Shown in pieces: positions 26,978 through 38,237 of a DNA stretch of 64,000 bases. Both the position numbers and the translations under genes were made by a program. The number at the start of each line of letters is the position of its first letter. The first letter of the stretch is position 1. The stretch comes from an uncultured virus (IMG/VR IMGVR_UViG_3300030376_004364) (taxonomy: Duplodnaviria; Heunggongvirae; Uroviricota; Caudoviricetes; Crassvirales): IMG/VR virus record IMGVR_UViG_3300030376_004364. One strand, 5' to 3'. The notes below the pieces were generated by a model that made no database searches, had not been told where the DNA came from, and saw nothing but the letters and a program-made list of their open reading frames with translations.

Positions 26978-29900
26978 ATGGATAAACTAAAAACTTTATT
27001 TGACGTATTAACTAGAGACGGATATTACACTAAATCTTTTGAAGAGTTTCAAACACAGTTCCAAGATTCTTCTTATAAAGACAAAGTATTTAATGTTGTT
27101 TCTAGAGATGGTCTTTTTACAAAATCAAAAGATGATTTTTTAAATATGTATCAGGTTACTGAAGTTGAGCCTGTAAAAAAAAAAGAAGTTACGGAGTCCA
27201 TTTCGGAAACTGGTTCTTCGGATTCATTCGAACCTCTTGAGGGCGATGAGCTTATAGCTCCTGAAGGTGTTGCTGATGTTGATGAAAGAGATACAAGAGG
27301 GGAAAGCCCTTTGTCCTCACAAGACTTTCAAGTTCAAGACGAGAGACAGCAGGCTGCTCAACAGGTAGACAACACACAACTACAACAAGCTCCAGTTCCT
27401 GTTACTCCAGAGGAACAACAAACCGCAGTAGATACAAGGGAAGCTTTTGAGCAACAGCGAGCTATTGATATGGAAAATTATCTTGCTCAGCAAAAAATTG
27501 AGCAGGACCTAATAGCAGAAAAAACACAGGAAAATCAACAGCTACTTCTAAAGAGTGATGGATTTAAGGCTGACCTTGATATTATCAACGAAGAGTTAAT
27601 AGCTCAGGCTGAACAGCCTGTTGTTGAGGAACTTACAAGAAGGTTTACAAAATATGGATTGACATTTGAAAAGACAGGCATAGGAGATGCTATGGTTGTT
27701 TCTAATTTTGATAACTCTAAAACAGTAAGAATAAACCTAGACCCTAATCTTTCTAGCGATGAAATTCTAGAATCTAAAAAACTAAAAGACTTTATAATAG
27801 ACAACAGTCTAGAGCTATATGAGGATAACGACTCCTTAGAGTTCGACAACCAAGCTGAGAAAGCAAGAAGCATCAGAAACAATCACTTAATAAATCCAGA
27901 TGGTTCTTTTTCTACTGTTAAATTTACATCATACGAAGAGGATGGTAAATACAAAGTTATACCTACTCTGTTTCCAAAGGATATTAATTTTTATGGAACT
28001 ATAGCTGATGATTGGATGGAACTTGAGTTTGATGATGCTAAGCAAGTAGCCGAGGAAAGAGGTGAGGTATTTAGTTTTGAAACAGCTGAGGAGGCAGAGT
28101 TATTTGCTGAAGGGGGATGGAAAGATATTCATACTACAGATGCTTTAGGGAAGTCCTTGTACTCAGAGATAGGCAAAAACTACAAGTTCGAAACAGCTAG
28201 ATATGATGAGTATCTTAGAGTCAGAGATGAAATAGATTTTATAGAGTCCCAGATTGCAGATTTTGATAATGATTTTTTAGACGAGCTAACTGATGAGCAG
28301 AAAAAAAAATACGGCAATTTATATGTTGAGGGTATACTTAGAGATGATGCCTCTCAAATTTTAAAAGAACTTAAAGAGAAGGAAGACGCTCTATATTCAG
28401 AAGTGAATACAGAGGAGCTTATAGAGATGAGAGAGAAGTTTGACCTTGCTCTAAATAAAAAGTATGACATGCTAGCTCAAGAGGCGGCTATGGCAAATGG
28501 TGAAACAAAAGTTTACGAAGACGCTTTAAATGAGCAGTCTATTTCTTTATTTGGTGTAGAGCTTAAGGACCTTACAGATATTATTCCTAAAGATGAGCAG
28601 GACGCTTTACTATTAGATGAGTTTAAAACTCAAGCCGCTCTTATCAACTCAGAGAAGGTTCATGCTGCTAGAAAATATGAGAACGCTTTAACTTTCTACG
28701 ACAGGAAGTTTGATAAGTCTATTACTGAAGAATACGAAACAGGTATAGCTGCAGTATATGGTGAGATACAAAAAGGTTTAAAGGATGGTAATGCCTCTGA
28801 GGTTATCCTTCAGCTATCTACAGGCATGCCTTTCGATATGCAATCTTTAGATATAAACAACCCAGAAGATGTTAGAAAAGCAGCAGAGATGATTGCTAGT
28901 CTTAAGGGTGGCAGCCAAAAGGGGAAGCAAGGTAGACAGATGGCAAGATGGAACAGGGCTGTAGGGTTTAGAGAATCGCTAGATGCATTTCTGAGAAACC
29001 CAGATGAACTAGCATTATCATTAGCTGCTAACTCTATATCAATGATGCTACCTTATGGAACTGAGCTAGTAGCAGGTAGTACTGTAGTAGGTGCAGGAAC
29101 AGGTGCAGTTATGGGTGGAGTACCAGGTGTAGTAACAGGTGGAATAAGAGGAATGAGAGCAGGTATGGCAGCGACTAATTTTGCTATGGAATATACCAAT
29201 GAGTTTTTTGATGCGATGCAGGCTAATGGATATGATGTACTAGACCCTGACGATGTGGTGGAGGCAATAAATAATGATAAAGTATGGGCTACCGCTAAAG
29301 AAAGAGGACTGAAACGAGGTATACCTATAGCTGTTATGGATTATATTAGTTCTGGATTAGTAGGTAGAGTTTTTCAAGCTGGTAGCGTAGCAGCCAAAGG
29401 AAGACGTTTGGCTCTTGCCGCTGCGGAGCGTGGTATTGTTGACCCTGCTATGGAAGGTGCTGGGGAAGCTGCTGCTCAGTTGGTTGCAGATGGAACATTA
29501 GATGGAAAGGAAATTGGTGGAGAGATAATTGGTGGTTTTGGTGCTAACTCACCTACTGCTGCAGTAAATACAATGTTTAACATTCGCAGTAAAAGTAATA
29601 TAGAGCTAGCCAATAGGCTTACTGATATAAACTTTATAGCCTTCGAGAAAACTTCTGACACTAGAATATCTAAGTGGACTAACAACATGCTAAGGCTAGG
29701 GAAGATTAATGCTGACCAAGCTCAGCGTATACAAAAGAATTTAGGTCTGTCTAAGGATGCAGATAACCTAGTGAACTTTGGTATGTCTAAAAACAAACCT
29801 AAGAATAAAAGAGTTAAGGCTAGATTAATGGAGCTTCTATCTGCAAAGGAAGAGTATTCTGCTGATGTGAACCGTAGAGAAATCTTTGGACAGAAGATAA

Positions 29901-32900
29901 AGGATATTAATGCAGAGATTGCTTATCTTGTAGAGAATAAAACCTTAGCACCTGACAGTCAGCGAGCTAAGATAGAGTCGATAACTTCACCAGGAGTTGA
30001 GGTTAGTGATGTAAGAGCTGGTGTATCAGAGTATATAATTGATGGTAAATCATATACCAAGGAAGCATTCCTAAAGGAGATTGGAAAAAGAACCGCTAAA
30101 CAGATGAGTAAGTTTAATGGGAAGGTGGTTAATGATGAGGAAGTTAGTAAACAATTAGCAGAGAAAATAGAAACCAAAACAGATACAGATGCCGTTCAAA
30201 TCACAGAAACAGAGAGCGTGGATGCACGCCAACAAGCCGCAATTGGCGAAGGAGTGGGAACAGGAGTACCCACCACAGAGACCACAGAACTTGAGACCAC
30301 CGAAACGCAGGAAATAATAAATACAAAAACAAATGAAGAAACAAACACAGAAATCGCAGCAGGAAACAGACTCTTTAATGAGCCCTTACAGGCAGCAACA
30401 GAAATTGAGACTAGAGTTAAAGAAAGAACTGGAATTGATACGCCAAAGGGTGAGAGAATAACTAAGCTAGACGAAGCTAGGTCCAAAAGAATATCAGACG
30501 CATACGAAAAGCAAGAGTCAAATCCTAACGACCCTGAAGTTAAAGAGTCTTACGCAGCTTTAATAGATGAAACTATAGCTCAGTATGAAGATATATTAGC
30601 TGATGGATATGTAATAGAGATGAGTAACACAGAGTATAAAAGCTCTGCTGATATGATTTCAGACCTTAGAGATAATAAGAACATGAGAGTGTTCTCAACC
30701 GAGGAAGGCTTTGGTACTGAAGGGATTACAGATGCGGATAGAGCAGCCAATCCTATGTTAGCTCCAACAAAATTCAAAGACAAGAATGGGAAACCTCTTT
30801 TAGTTAATGATGTATTTAGGTTTGTTCATGACTTTTTTGGACATTCTAAAGAAGGCAATAGCTTTGGTCCAATAGGTGAAGAGAATGCTTGGGATGTTCA
30901 TTCCAGAATGTATTCTCCTTTAGCTAGAAGAGCTATGACAACTGAGACCAGAGGGCAGAACTCTTGGGTTAATTTCTCAGGCATTAACGACAAAGCTTTT
31001 AAAATAAGAGATGAGGCTAGAGCATTAAGAAAAGAAGGTAAGTTCGAGGAGGCAGAAGCTAAAGTAAAAGAGGCTTATGACATGATGAAATTTGCTCAGC
31101 AAAAAGTAATGCTTCTTCCTGAAGAGTTTACTTTATTACCTGAAGAAACTCCTGAAGGTATAGCTCTGGCTGAGGAGGTAGCAGACTTGGAAGCCACACT
31201 AGATGATACAGATTCAAAAGTAGATTTTAAATTAAAAGAGGAGTCTACTCAAGAGGGATTTGTAGATACTAAAGAAATTGTTGAAGCAATGTCTAAGGTA
31301 GAAGAAGGAGCTATAATTGAAAGTCAGACTGAATTTAAAGAGACCTCACCTACAGCACCTAAAGTTGATGTACAAGAATTAAACAGCAGAACAGATAACC
31401 CTCTTCCAGTGGTAGATTACGAGGTTATTGATGGGATACCTACTATGTTTAGTATATCAGACCAACTAACAACAGGTAATACCATTAATCCATATACAGG
31501 GAATGTTATTACAAATCTAAAAGGAGGGTTTGGATTTAATGGTATAAAAGGTCATGAGAAACTTGCGTGGGCAAGCATAGATAATAACACTGTAAAGGGG
31601 CAGATTTCTACGGCACTTAGAATATACAACAACAATAAAGAACTTTATAAAAATTGGTGGGCAGCTAATCCTCAATACAACGGATTAGTTCCTATGTCAA
31701 TCGTTAAGATGGAGTCAAAATCTATACTTAGTAATGAAGCTGTTGTTCGTGTTATGGCAGATAATTTAACCTCGTTTCCTAAAGATAAAAGAGTAGAAGC
31801 ACTAGAGGTTTTTAGAGAGAGATTAGAAACAAAAAAACTTAGGTTAGAGGAAGCTGTAAAAACAGGTATAGGATTAAAAGGTAAGCCTGTTAGCAAGAAA
31901 ACAATTAAAGTTTATAGAGACCAAGTTGAAGCTATAAAGGATGTTCAGAAAATGGACAAGAAAATAAAAGCAAAAACAATTGATGCTCTACTAACACCTA
32001 ATGCTTTACTACAGCTAAAAGCTATAACATCTGTGAATGTAATAACAGGTAATATAGGATACGGTGCACCCAATAAACCAACTAAAGCTGCAGTTACACC
32101 AGGGGATTATAAAAAAAATCCTATTGCTAAAGCGTTGCTTGGAGATAATGCGTCTTTAGAAGAAAAAAGTAAACTACATCTAGGAGCTATAACAGATGTT
32201 ATTACAGAGCCTCAGCTTAAAAAAACTCCTATTCGTTCAGTGTTTCTAATAACAGGGATTGATGTACTAAATCCAGGGATTGAAAAAACTGTTCACCCAA
32301 ATTATCCTGTTGGTCCTAGAGGAAAAGTAATAGGAGTTATAGAACAGCCTAAGTCTATGCTGGAATTATTTCCATCGGCATATAATAATGCTGTTCTGGG
32401 TAAGGCTCAAGAAGACGCAGGGAAAAACAGAAAAAGGTCTGACAAGTTAAGATTATCAGAGACTATACCTGTTGGTATGGGTCTTGTTAATAAAGAATTT
32501 CAAGGAACTATTGTAGGGGTTAATGAAGAGGCTAGGCTTTTAGATTTTATGAATCGGAGCTTTCCTTTTGTTAATATATCTACCGACCAGTCTACTATGA
32601 ATCAATTAATAGAAAGCCCTGACGTAACCACATACCTTAAAGGTGATTCGGTTGTGTATGGTATGACTAAGGACGGTAACATATTTATTAATAAAGAAGT
32701 TCACGATTCAAAGTCTGAGCTGTACAACACAGCTATTCATGAAATGGGACACATTTGGACTAAACATCTTAGTCTAACGCCTAAAGGGAAAAAAATATAT
32801 AAGCGTGGTGCAGAGCTTGTGCAGCAAACTGAATTATACAAAAGATTATTAAAGCGTTTTGATGGTGATGTTAATAAAGCTACCGAGGAAGCTATGGCTA

Positions 32901-35900
32901 CCCTTATTGGTAACAGAGGTGAGAGTGTTGTTAATGCAAGTCTTCAGCAGAAAATAAAGGATTGGATTACTGCGGTATGGGATTATGTAAGAACCGAGTT
33001 TAAGTTATCTAAAGATTTGAGTACTCAAGAGATTCAGAACTTAACCATGGATGAATTTTTAGGAACGGCATTAGCAGATATATTTAGTGGTAAGCCTGTT
33101 AAGTTAAGCGATGCTCAATTAAAAACTTTCTCATCAGAACTTAAGGAAGCTATGTTTAAGTCTGATGAAAGTATGACAAGCATAATAGATAAAGGTAGAG
33201 CTAATGGTTTCTCAGACGCATCTATTAAACAGGTTCTTAAAGGTAGAGGATTTAAGGTTGCAGATATAAGAGATGCAATGGAGGTTAAGGTTGATGCATT
33301 CACTCAGCTACCTGATGCTTTTGGTAACGTAGAAGGTGGTATCAACGAAGGTATGCAGCTCTTTACGGAGGTTAGACAGAAGTTGTCTAAGTTTATCACA
33401 CCAGATAAAACTATGTCAGAGGTTAGACAGAAGGCTATGGATTTAATGAAGGACAATCCTATCTATAAAGCACAGCCAGAACAAACTCAGATGGAGCTTT
33501 TAACGGACTTTGATAAGACTTTAAACACTCGTGCTAATGTTAAGGTGCAAAAAGAAATAGCAGCCATTAAAAACAACCTAAGACAGCGTAAGGTTGGAGC
33601 TAAAAATATTAAGTCTGCACAGATACAGCTTAAGAATTACATACGAAAAGCTTTACCTAAGTCTAAAACCTATACACAGGCTCAAATAAATAAACTTATA
33701 GCAAGAGTAAATAAATCAACGGTAGATACATTCGAGGCGGATACTGAATACATAATGAAAATTGTAGACCAGCAGAAAGCTAAGATGAAAAAGGCTCTTG
33801 TTAAAGATATGCTCAAGCTTGTAAAAGCAAAAGCTATGACAGCGTTTACAAAGTCTGGTAAGCGTAGAGCTAAAGGTCTAAGTAAAGAGGGAACATCTTA
33901 CTTCAAAGCTGTTAAGCAGATACTTACAGCTGATGTAGATACCCTTAACAAAATACAGGAGGACCTACAGAATGAAAGCACAGAGATAAGTAATCTTATA
34001 GAGAAACAACAAGATGGACAGAAGCTAACTCAGAAAGAGCAGGCTAAAGTTAATCAGGCTCTAGCTTTTGATACCTTTGGTGATGTATCTAACATGAGCC
34101 TAGAAGAGGTTCAGGACTTAATGCAGCAGCTTAAAGATGTAAGAGCTCAATCTATTGCTACCTTTAAATCAAGAAGACTAGCAAGAGTAGAGGCAAACAA
34201 GAGGATGAAAGAGCAAGCTGATGCTCAGATTAAAGAAACTAATCCAATGCTGTTTGATGAAGATGGTAATGTATTAAACACAAATGAGCGTGGTGCTATA
34301 AAGAATGAGATACTATCTCACTTCAGAAAGTTTGAGATAGGTAAAGGACTTTCGACTTTAGGAAAACAAATGAAGTTCAGTAACGCTAAAAGTTTAATCC
34401 AGGATATGAAGCAGATGTTCCAGCATTTAGGAACATTAAGTAATCTATTAGATAGAGTAACTCAGGGTAAAGACTTTTTCACCAAGAATGTTTATGATGC
34501 TCTAAATAGAATGGATGACATCAATAACGGAGGTTTATTTCAAACTCAGAAGAAGCTTGATGATATAGCTAACACAATCCCTGGTATAACTAAAGGAGTA
34601 AAGCAGGTATACTCTAAACTAAATACCGGTGTTCATGAATTAAAATTAAAGCGTAGTGATACTGGGCGAGAGTACACCGATATTTTTAATGCTGATGAGT
34701 TAATGCGTATATACGCTCTTAGTTTGAATGATACTCAAAGACAGAAGCTTGAGGCTCAAGGTATAACTCCTGATGTTATAGAGAATATCAAAAAGATTAT
34801 AGGTCCAGAGGCTGTAGAGTTTACGGATAAGACTGTAAACTTTTTGAGTAATGAATACTATGAGAGTGTTAACGATGTATATTCTTACGTTAATGATGTA
34901 AACCTAGGTTACGTTAACAACTACTTCCCAACATCAACCATACAAAAGGAGACCACTAAGAAGATGATTACTGAAGGAGATTTCAGTGGTGTCTTTAATG
35001 CGGAGTCCGCTCCTGCATTTAAAGAAAGGGTGGATATGAAATCTGATGTAGATTTGCACGCAGGAACATTTACAAATGTTCTTAATAATCATGTTGATAC
35101 AATGGAGAAATATAAAGCGTACGCTTTGGGTACTCAGAGGCTTAATGCATTGTTTCAAATTGATTCTGTGAGTGTGTTATTACAAGAGATGGGTGTAAAA
35201 AATGCAATGAAAAATGCTGTTAACTTCGCTATCAATCCTGACTCTGGAAAAGACTCAAGCTTAAATCCTAGTTTAATATCAAAATTACAAACTAACTTTA
35301 CAGGATTTGCTTTAGCTTTTAAAGCTATACAGATACTTAAGCAGGCTACATCTTTTGTTAATGCTTACTCTGATTATAGTTATTTCCCTAAAGATTCTAA
35401 AGTTCCTAGAGCTGTAAAGGCTGCTGTGGATTTACCTATGTTTATGTTTGATGGAGCTAGAGTTGTTTTATCGTTAGCTAAAGATTTATTTGGAAAGAAA
35501 GGAGCTATAAGAGAGGCAATGGAGATATCGCCTACGTTTAGAAAAAGGCTTGCACAAGGTCTTGAGGGTGATGTTGTTGGATTAGAATCTGGTCGCCAAA
35601 CATTAAAGAAAACTGCTCTTACTGGTGATAAAATTAAAAAAGCACAAGCTGCTTTTAAAACTGCGGCAGCTTCACCAACTGTGATTGGTGATGTGCTGGG
35701 GGTTATGGGTTATATGATTAACTATAAGCGTAACATTGCCAATGGAATGAGTAAGGCTGAGGCAGTAAAAGCTTTTAATGATTACAATGCTACACAGCAA
35801 TCAAGAAGAGGTACAGACAAGATTCCAATACAAAGAAACAACAACGTTTTTGTTCGTGCATTTACCATGTTCGGAAGTACATTGTTTCTGCAGATGAATA

Positions 35901-36616
35901 AGGTTATGCAGAGCACTACTAATATCGCAAGAGATATCTCTAATAAGAAGAGACCACGTTCAAAGGACACTAGAGATTTAGCTTTGAACTTAGCGGTAGC
36001 CAACGTATTATTTGCAACTGCAGCTAACATAGCTAAGTTTGTTAAGGGAGATGATGAAGACAGGGAAACAGCTATGAAGAGTATTACTGAAGCAATGATG
36101 GGCTTAAATCTTATATATCAGATACCTTATGTAGGTTCTACGGTAAAAGATTTAGATATAGCTGGGCAAGCAATTTCTGCTGTTAAAGGAGAAGAATATA
36201 AGAAGAGTAGGATATACAAGAGTGATGTTGTAAACCCTTTAGCTAGTGTCATGCAACAGTACAGGAAGCTAACTAAGAATGATGAGAATAAACTTGTTGC
36301 TGCGGTAAGAACTCTTATAGAGATAACTATAGGAGCAAAGATGGACCCTTTCTTTGGTTTATATAATTATTTTGGAGGTGAAGAAGAGGATGTAGATGCA
36401 GCAATGTATGATGTACTTGGTATATCTCCATCTTACCGACCTAAGAACGAGGGTGGTAAAAAATCTAAAGTAGATAAAAGGCGTTTAAAGAAAATGCTTC
36501 CTGATTTATATGGACCTGACAGTAGCTTAGAGCCTATAAAACAAATAAAAAAAGACCAGAGAAAAATGAGAAGAGATATCCAGAAAGAAATAGACGCAGC
36601 TTTGGGTCTTGATTAA
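26978..36616 (+). CDS. Giant internal virion / polyvalent protein (3212 aa)
   Basis: Last late gene; Gly/Ala-rich membrane-like segment, HDFFGH...ETRGQNSWVNF domain, zincin-like AIHEMGH. Confidence 0.7.
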   Translation: MDKLKTLFDVLTRDGYYTKSFEEFQTQFQDSSYKDKVFNVVSRDGLFTKSKDDFLNMYQVTEVEPVKKKEVTESISETGSSDSFEPLEGDELIAPEGVADVDERDTRGESPLSSQDFQVQDERQQAAQQVDNTQLQQAPVPVTPEEQQTAVDTREAFEQQRAIDMENYLAQQKIEQDLIAEKTQENQQLLLKSDGFKADLDIINEELIAQAEQPVVEELTRRFTKYGLTFEKTGIGDAMVVSNFDNSKTVRINLDPNLSSDEILESKKLKDFIIDNSLELYEDNDSLEFDNQAEKARSIRNNHLINPDGSFSTVKFTSYEEDGKYKVIPTLFPKDINFYGTIADDWMELEFDDAKQVAEERGEVFSFETAEEAELFAEGGWKDIHTTDALGKSLYSEIGKNYKFETARYDEYLRVRDEIDFIESQIADFDNDFLDELTDEQKKKYGNLYVEGILRDDASQILKELKEKEDALYSEVNTEELIEMREKFDLALNKKYDMLAQEAAMANGETKVYEDALNEQSISLFGVELKDLTDIIPKDEQDALLLDEFKTQAALINSEKVHAARKYENALTFYDRKFDKSITEEYETGIAAVYGEIQKGLKDGNASEVILQLSTGMPFDMQSLDINNPEDVRKAAEMIASLKGGSQKGKQGRQMARWNRAVGFRESLDAFLRNPDELALSLAANSISMMLPYGTELVAGSTVVGAGTGAVMGGVPGVVTGGIRGMRAGMAATNFAMEYTNEFFDAMQANGYDVLDPDDVVEAINNDKVWATAKERGLKRGIPIAVMDYISSGLVGRVFQAGSVAAKGRRLALAAAERGIVDPAMEGAGEAAAQLVADGTLDGKEIGGEIIGGFGANSPTAAVNTMFNIRSKSNIELANRLTDINFIAFEKTSDTRISKWTNNMLRLGKINADQAQRIQKNLGLSKDADNLVNFGMSKNKPKNKRVKARLMELLSAKEEYSADVNRREIFGQKIKDINAEIAYLVENKTLAPDSQRAKIESITSPGVEVSDVRAGVSEYIIDGKSYTKEAFLKEIGKRTAKQMSKFNGKVVNDEEVSKQLAEKIETKTDTDAVQITETESVDARQQAAIGEGVGTGVPTTETTELETTETQEIINTKTNEETNTEIAAGNRLFNEPLQAATEIETRVKERTGIDTPKGERITKLDEARSKRISDAYEKQESNPNDPEVKESYAALIDETIAQYEDILADGYVIEMSNTEYKSSADMISDLRDNKNMRVFSTEEGFGTEGITDADRAANPMLAPTKFKDKNGKPLLVNDVFRFVHDFFGHSKEGNSFGPIGEENAWDVHSRMYSPLARRAMTTETRGQNSWVNFSGINDKAFKIRDEARALRKEGKFEEAEAKVKEAYDMMKFAQQKVMLLPEEFTLLPEETPEGIALAEEVADLEATLDDTDSKVDFKLKEESTQEGFVDTKEIVEAMSKVEEGAIIESQTEFKETSPTAPKVDVQELNSRTDNPLPVVDYEVIDGIPTMFSISDQLTTGNTINPYTGNVITNLKGGFGFNGIKGHEKLAWASIDNNTVKGQISTALRIYNNNKELYKNWWAANPQYNGLVPMSIVKMESKSILSNEAVVRVMADNLTSFPKDKRVEALEVFRERLETKKLRLEEAVKTGIGLKGKPVSKKTIKVYRDQVEAIKDVQKMDKKIKAKTIDALLTPNALLQLKAITSVNVITGNIGYGAPNKPTKAAVTPGDYKKNPIAKALLGDNASLEEKSKLHLGAITDVITEPQLKKTPIRSVFLITGIDVLNPGIEKTVHPNYPVGPRGKVIGVIEQPKSMLELFPSAYNNAVLGKAQEDAGKNRKRSDKLRLSETIPVGMGLVNKEFQGTIVGVNEEARLLDFMNRSFPFVNISTDQSTMNQLIESPDVTTYLKGDSVVYGMTKDGNIFINKEVHDSKSELYNTAIHEMGHIWTKHLSLTPKGKKIYKRGAELVQQTELYKRLLKRFDGDVNKATEEAMATLIGNRGESVVNASLQQKIKDWITAVWDYVRTEFKLSKDLSTQEIQNLTMDEFLGTALADIFSGKPVKLSDAQLKTFSSELKEAMFKSDESMTSIIDKGRANGFSDASIKQVLKGRGFKVADIRDAMEVKVDAFTQLPDAFGNVEGGINEGMQLFTEVRQKLSKFITPDKTMSEVRQKAMDLMKDNPIYKAQPEQTQMELLTDFDKTLNTRANVKVQKEIAAIKNNLRQRKVGAKNIKSAQIQLKNYIRKALPKSKTYTQAQINKLIARVNKSTVDTFEADTEYIMKIVDQQKAKMKKALVKDMLKLVKAKAMTAFTKSGKRRAKGLSKEGTSYFKAVKQILTADVDTLNKIQEDLQNESTEISNLIEKQQDGQKLTQKEQAKVNQALAFDTFGDVSNMSLEEVQDLMQQLKDVRAQSIATFKSRRLARVEANKRMKEQADAQIKETNPMLFDEDGNVLNTNERGAIKNEILSHFRKFEIGKGLSTLGKQMKFSNAKSLIQDMKQMFQHLGTLSNLLDRVTQGKDFFTKNVYDALNRMDDINNGGLFQTQKKLDDIANTIPGITKGVKQVYSKLNTGVHELKLKRSDTGREYTDIFNADELMRIYALSLNDTQRQKLEAQGITPDVIENIKKIIGPEAVEFTDKTVNFLSNEYYESVNDVYSYVNDVNLGYVNNYFPTSTIQKETTKKMITEGDFSGVFNAESAPAFKERVDMKSDVDLHAGTFTNVLNNHVDTMEKYKAYALGTQRLNALFQIDSVSVLLQEMGVKNAMKNAVNFAINPDSGKDSSLNPSLISKLQTNFTGFALAFKAIQILKQATSFVNAYSDYSYFPKDSKVPRAVKAAVDLPMFMFDGARVVLSLAKDLFGKKGAIREAMEISPTFRKRLAQGLEGDVVGLESGRQTLKKTALTGDKIKKAQAAFKTAAASPTVIGDVLGVMGYMINYKRNIANGMSKAEAVKAFNDYNATQQSRRGTDKIPIQRNNNVFVRAFTMFGSTLFLQMNKVMQSTTNIARDISNKKRPRSKDTRDLALNLAVANVLFATAANIAKFVKGDDEDRETAMKSITEAMMGLNLIYQIPYVGSTVKDLDIAGQAISAVKGEEYKKSRIYKSDVVNPLASVMQQYRKLTKNDENKLVAAVRTLIEITIGAKMDPFFGLYNYFGGEEEDVDAAMYDVLGISPSYRPKNEGGKKSKVDKRRLKKMLPDLYGPDSSLEPIKQIKKDQRKMRRDIQKEIDAALGLD

Positions 36617-36987
36617 TAATACCTAGCGTACTTAAATGTTTTTTGTTTTGGGTATTGCACGACTAGCTCTGAGTTTAGTTCTGTAGTACCCATCCAGGAT
36701 ACGGTTCCGTATATATCTTTTACCTTACCATACATAATCCCATCCTCACAAGCCCATATTATTACTGGATTCAAACGCTTCATTGAAAGCTGTGATAATT
36801 TATTTAATGATATTGATAATGGGTAGCACTCGGTTACTTTCTTTTTAGTAGGGATAACTATTACAAATGAGATAAGCTCTCCCTCTTGACTATATATTCT
36901 GTAGTCAACATCGCCAGGTCCAAGCTTTTTAAAAGACCCTTCAAACCTTTCAGCAAACTTAGTTACTGCTTTTAATTTTTGATTCAT
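36613..36987 (-). CDS. Hypothetical protein
   Basis: 124-aa ORF converging on the giant gene. Confidence 0.65.
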   Translation of the reverse strand: MNQKLKAVTKFAERFEGSFKKLGPGDVDYRIYSQEGELISFVIVIPTKKKVTECYPLSISLNKLSQLSMKRLNPVIIWACEDGIMYGKVKDIYGTVSWMGTTELNSELVVQYPKQKTFKYARYY

Positions 36988-38024
36988 TAAAATACGTGAG
37001 TTAACCTAGCTATCTGTCCGTATTCTTTGTGATGTATAAAAGCTTCAACACCCTCTACAGCTCCAGTGTATCCGTTTCTATGATGCCAGCTATCTGCTGG
37101 GCTTGGACTCCTTAAACTCTCTACGGTACATCCTATGTAGTCCTTACTTGTTTTGTGGTGGATGTGATGCGTATAGAAATAACGCTTCTTACATTTACTC
37201 CAGTCCTTACTTTCGTGAGCCATAAGGTTAGGTAGGTCAGCTACTTTAGCTCCGTCTCCATGAGTAGTACCTATTAAATTATTATGATACGTAAAATATT
37301 TTCTATGTGAAATACCTGTGTCGAAGGTTATGTTTTTGCAATGCCTAAAATGACTTTGTATTGTTTGAGCTAACATAAAACCGCTAATGTAATCGTGGTT
37401 ACTTGGGTTAAATGTAAAGTGTATATCAGCTATTGATAGAAGAATCTCAAGCACATCTACATAAAGCTTCTTAGCCATTATAAAATTCTCATACCACATC
37501 CCTTCCGTATCCTGTGGCGTGCCACTAGTTGTCTTACGATGTGGTGTATCAATATGAAGAATATCATTCCCTCCAATAAAATTTATCTTATCTATATCAA
37601 AACCATTGGATGATTTAAGTATACCTCTTACTCCTTTTAAAACTCTTTTAACTGCTAGCTGAGAGTTATATTCCTGTCCTGTTTCTAGCCTTGTACATAG
37701 CTTTCCTATGTGTATATCAGCAGGGTCTAACACCATAAGGTGTCCAGCTTTAGATTTCTCTCGTTTAATTTTAGGATACTTTGGTGAGTGGTTGTCTAAA
37801 TCTTCAATTAGATTTTTAATAAACTCATTTCTTTGTACTGTCTGAAAGTTGGGGTTCTTAACAAATAAACTAGCGTCATTGTTCTTAATCCAAGCATGTT
37901 TTACATCATCAATATGAACTCCGCTTTCGTCAGCTGCTTTCTTAAGACCTCTGTACTCTTGAATAATATCAACTTCGTCTTGTTTTAATCTTAATCTTGT
38001 GGTATTTCTATCTGCTTCTGACAT
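36987..38024 (-). CDS. Calcineurin-like metallophosphoesterase
   Basis: DIHIG, GGNDILH, SNHD, HGD and HHIHH motifs. Confidence 0.85.
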   Translation of the reverse strand: MSEADRNTTRLRLKQDEVDIIQEYRGLKKAADESGVHIDDVKHAWIKNNDASLFVKNPNFQTVQRNEFIKNLIEDLDNHSPKYPKIKREKSKAGHLMVLDPADIHIGKLCTRLETGQEYNSQLAVKRVLKGVRGILKSSNGFDIDKINFIGGNDILHIDTPHRKTTSGTPQDTEGMWYENFIMAKKLYVDVLEILLSIADIHFTFNPSNHDYISGFMLAQTIQSHFRHCKNITFDTGISHRKYFTYHNNLIGTTHGDGAKVADLPNLMAHESKDWSKCKKRYFYTHHIHHKTSKDYIGCTVESLRSPSPADSWHHRNGYTGAVEGVEAFIHHKEYGQIARLTHVF

Positions 38025-38035
38025 TTGATTAGGTT

Positions 38036-38227
38036 TTATAAATCATCTTCCATTGAATCTATCATTAGTTTTAGTTGGAAGATTAAATGTTTTGCAACCT
38101 CTTTACACTGACCGTAGTCGTGGTCTATCAATGTCTCATAAATTTCATCACAAGAGTCGTGGAGTTCATTTGTTAAAATATTAACATGGGTTATTCTCTC
38201 CTGCTCTAATGATGTTTTTTTATTCAT
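38036..38227 (-). CDS. Hypothetical protein
   Basis: 63-aa ORF in the operon. Confidence 0.65.
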   Translation of the reverse strand: MNKKTSLEQERITHVNILTNELHDSCDEIYETLIDHDYGQCKEVAKHLIFQLKLMIDSMEDDL

Positions 38228-38237
38228 TAATATTGTA

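Noticed and set aside
33131..33137. Additional CTGATGA matches (here and near 53382) as further hammerheads
   Set aside because: They lie inside coding sequence and lack the stem II-GAAA-stem III arrangement.
27604..36030. Minus-strand ORFs inside the giant gene, and similar antisense ORFs in terL, groEL and fibre genes
   Set aside because: Shadow frames of long, motif-bearing genes on the opposite strand.
26978..36616. crAss-like virion RNA polymerase
   Set aside because: I found no DxDxD catalytic motif in a plausible context, and host-type TAnnTTTG promoters precede many operons; an HMM search would settle it.
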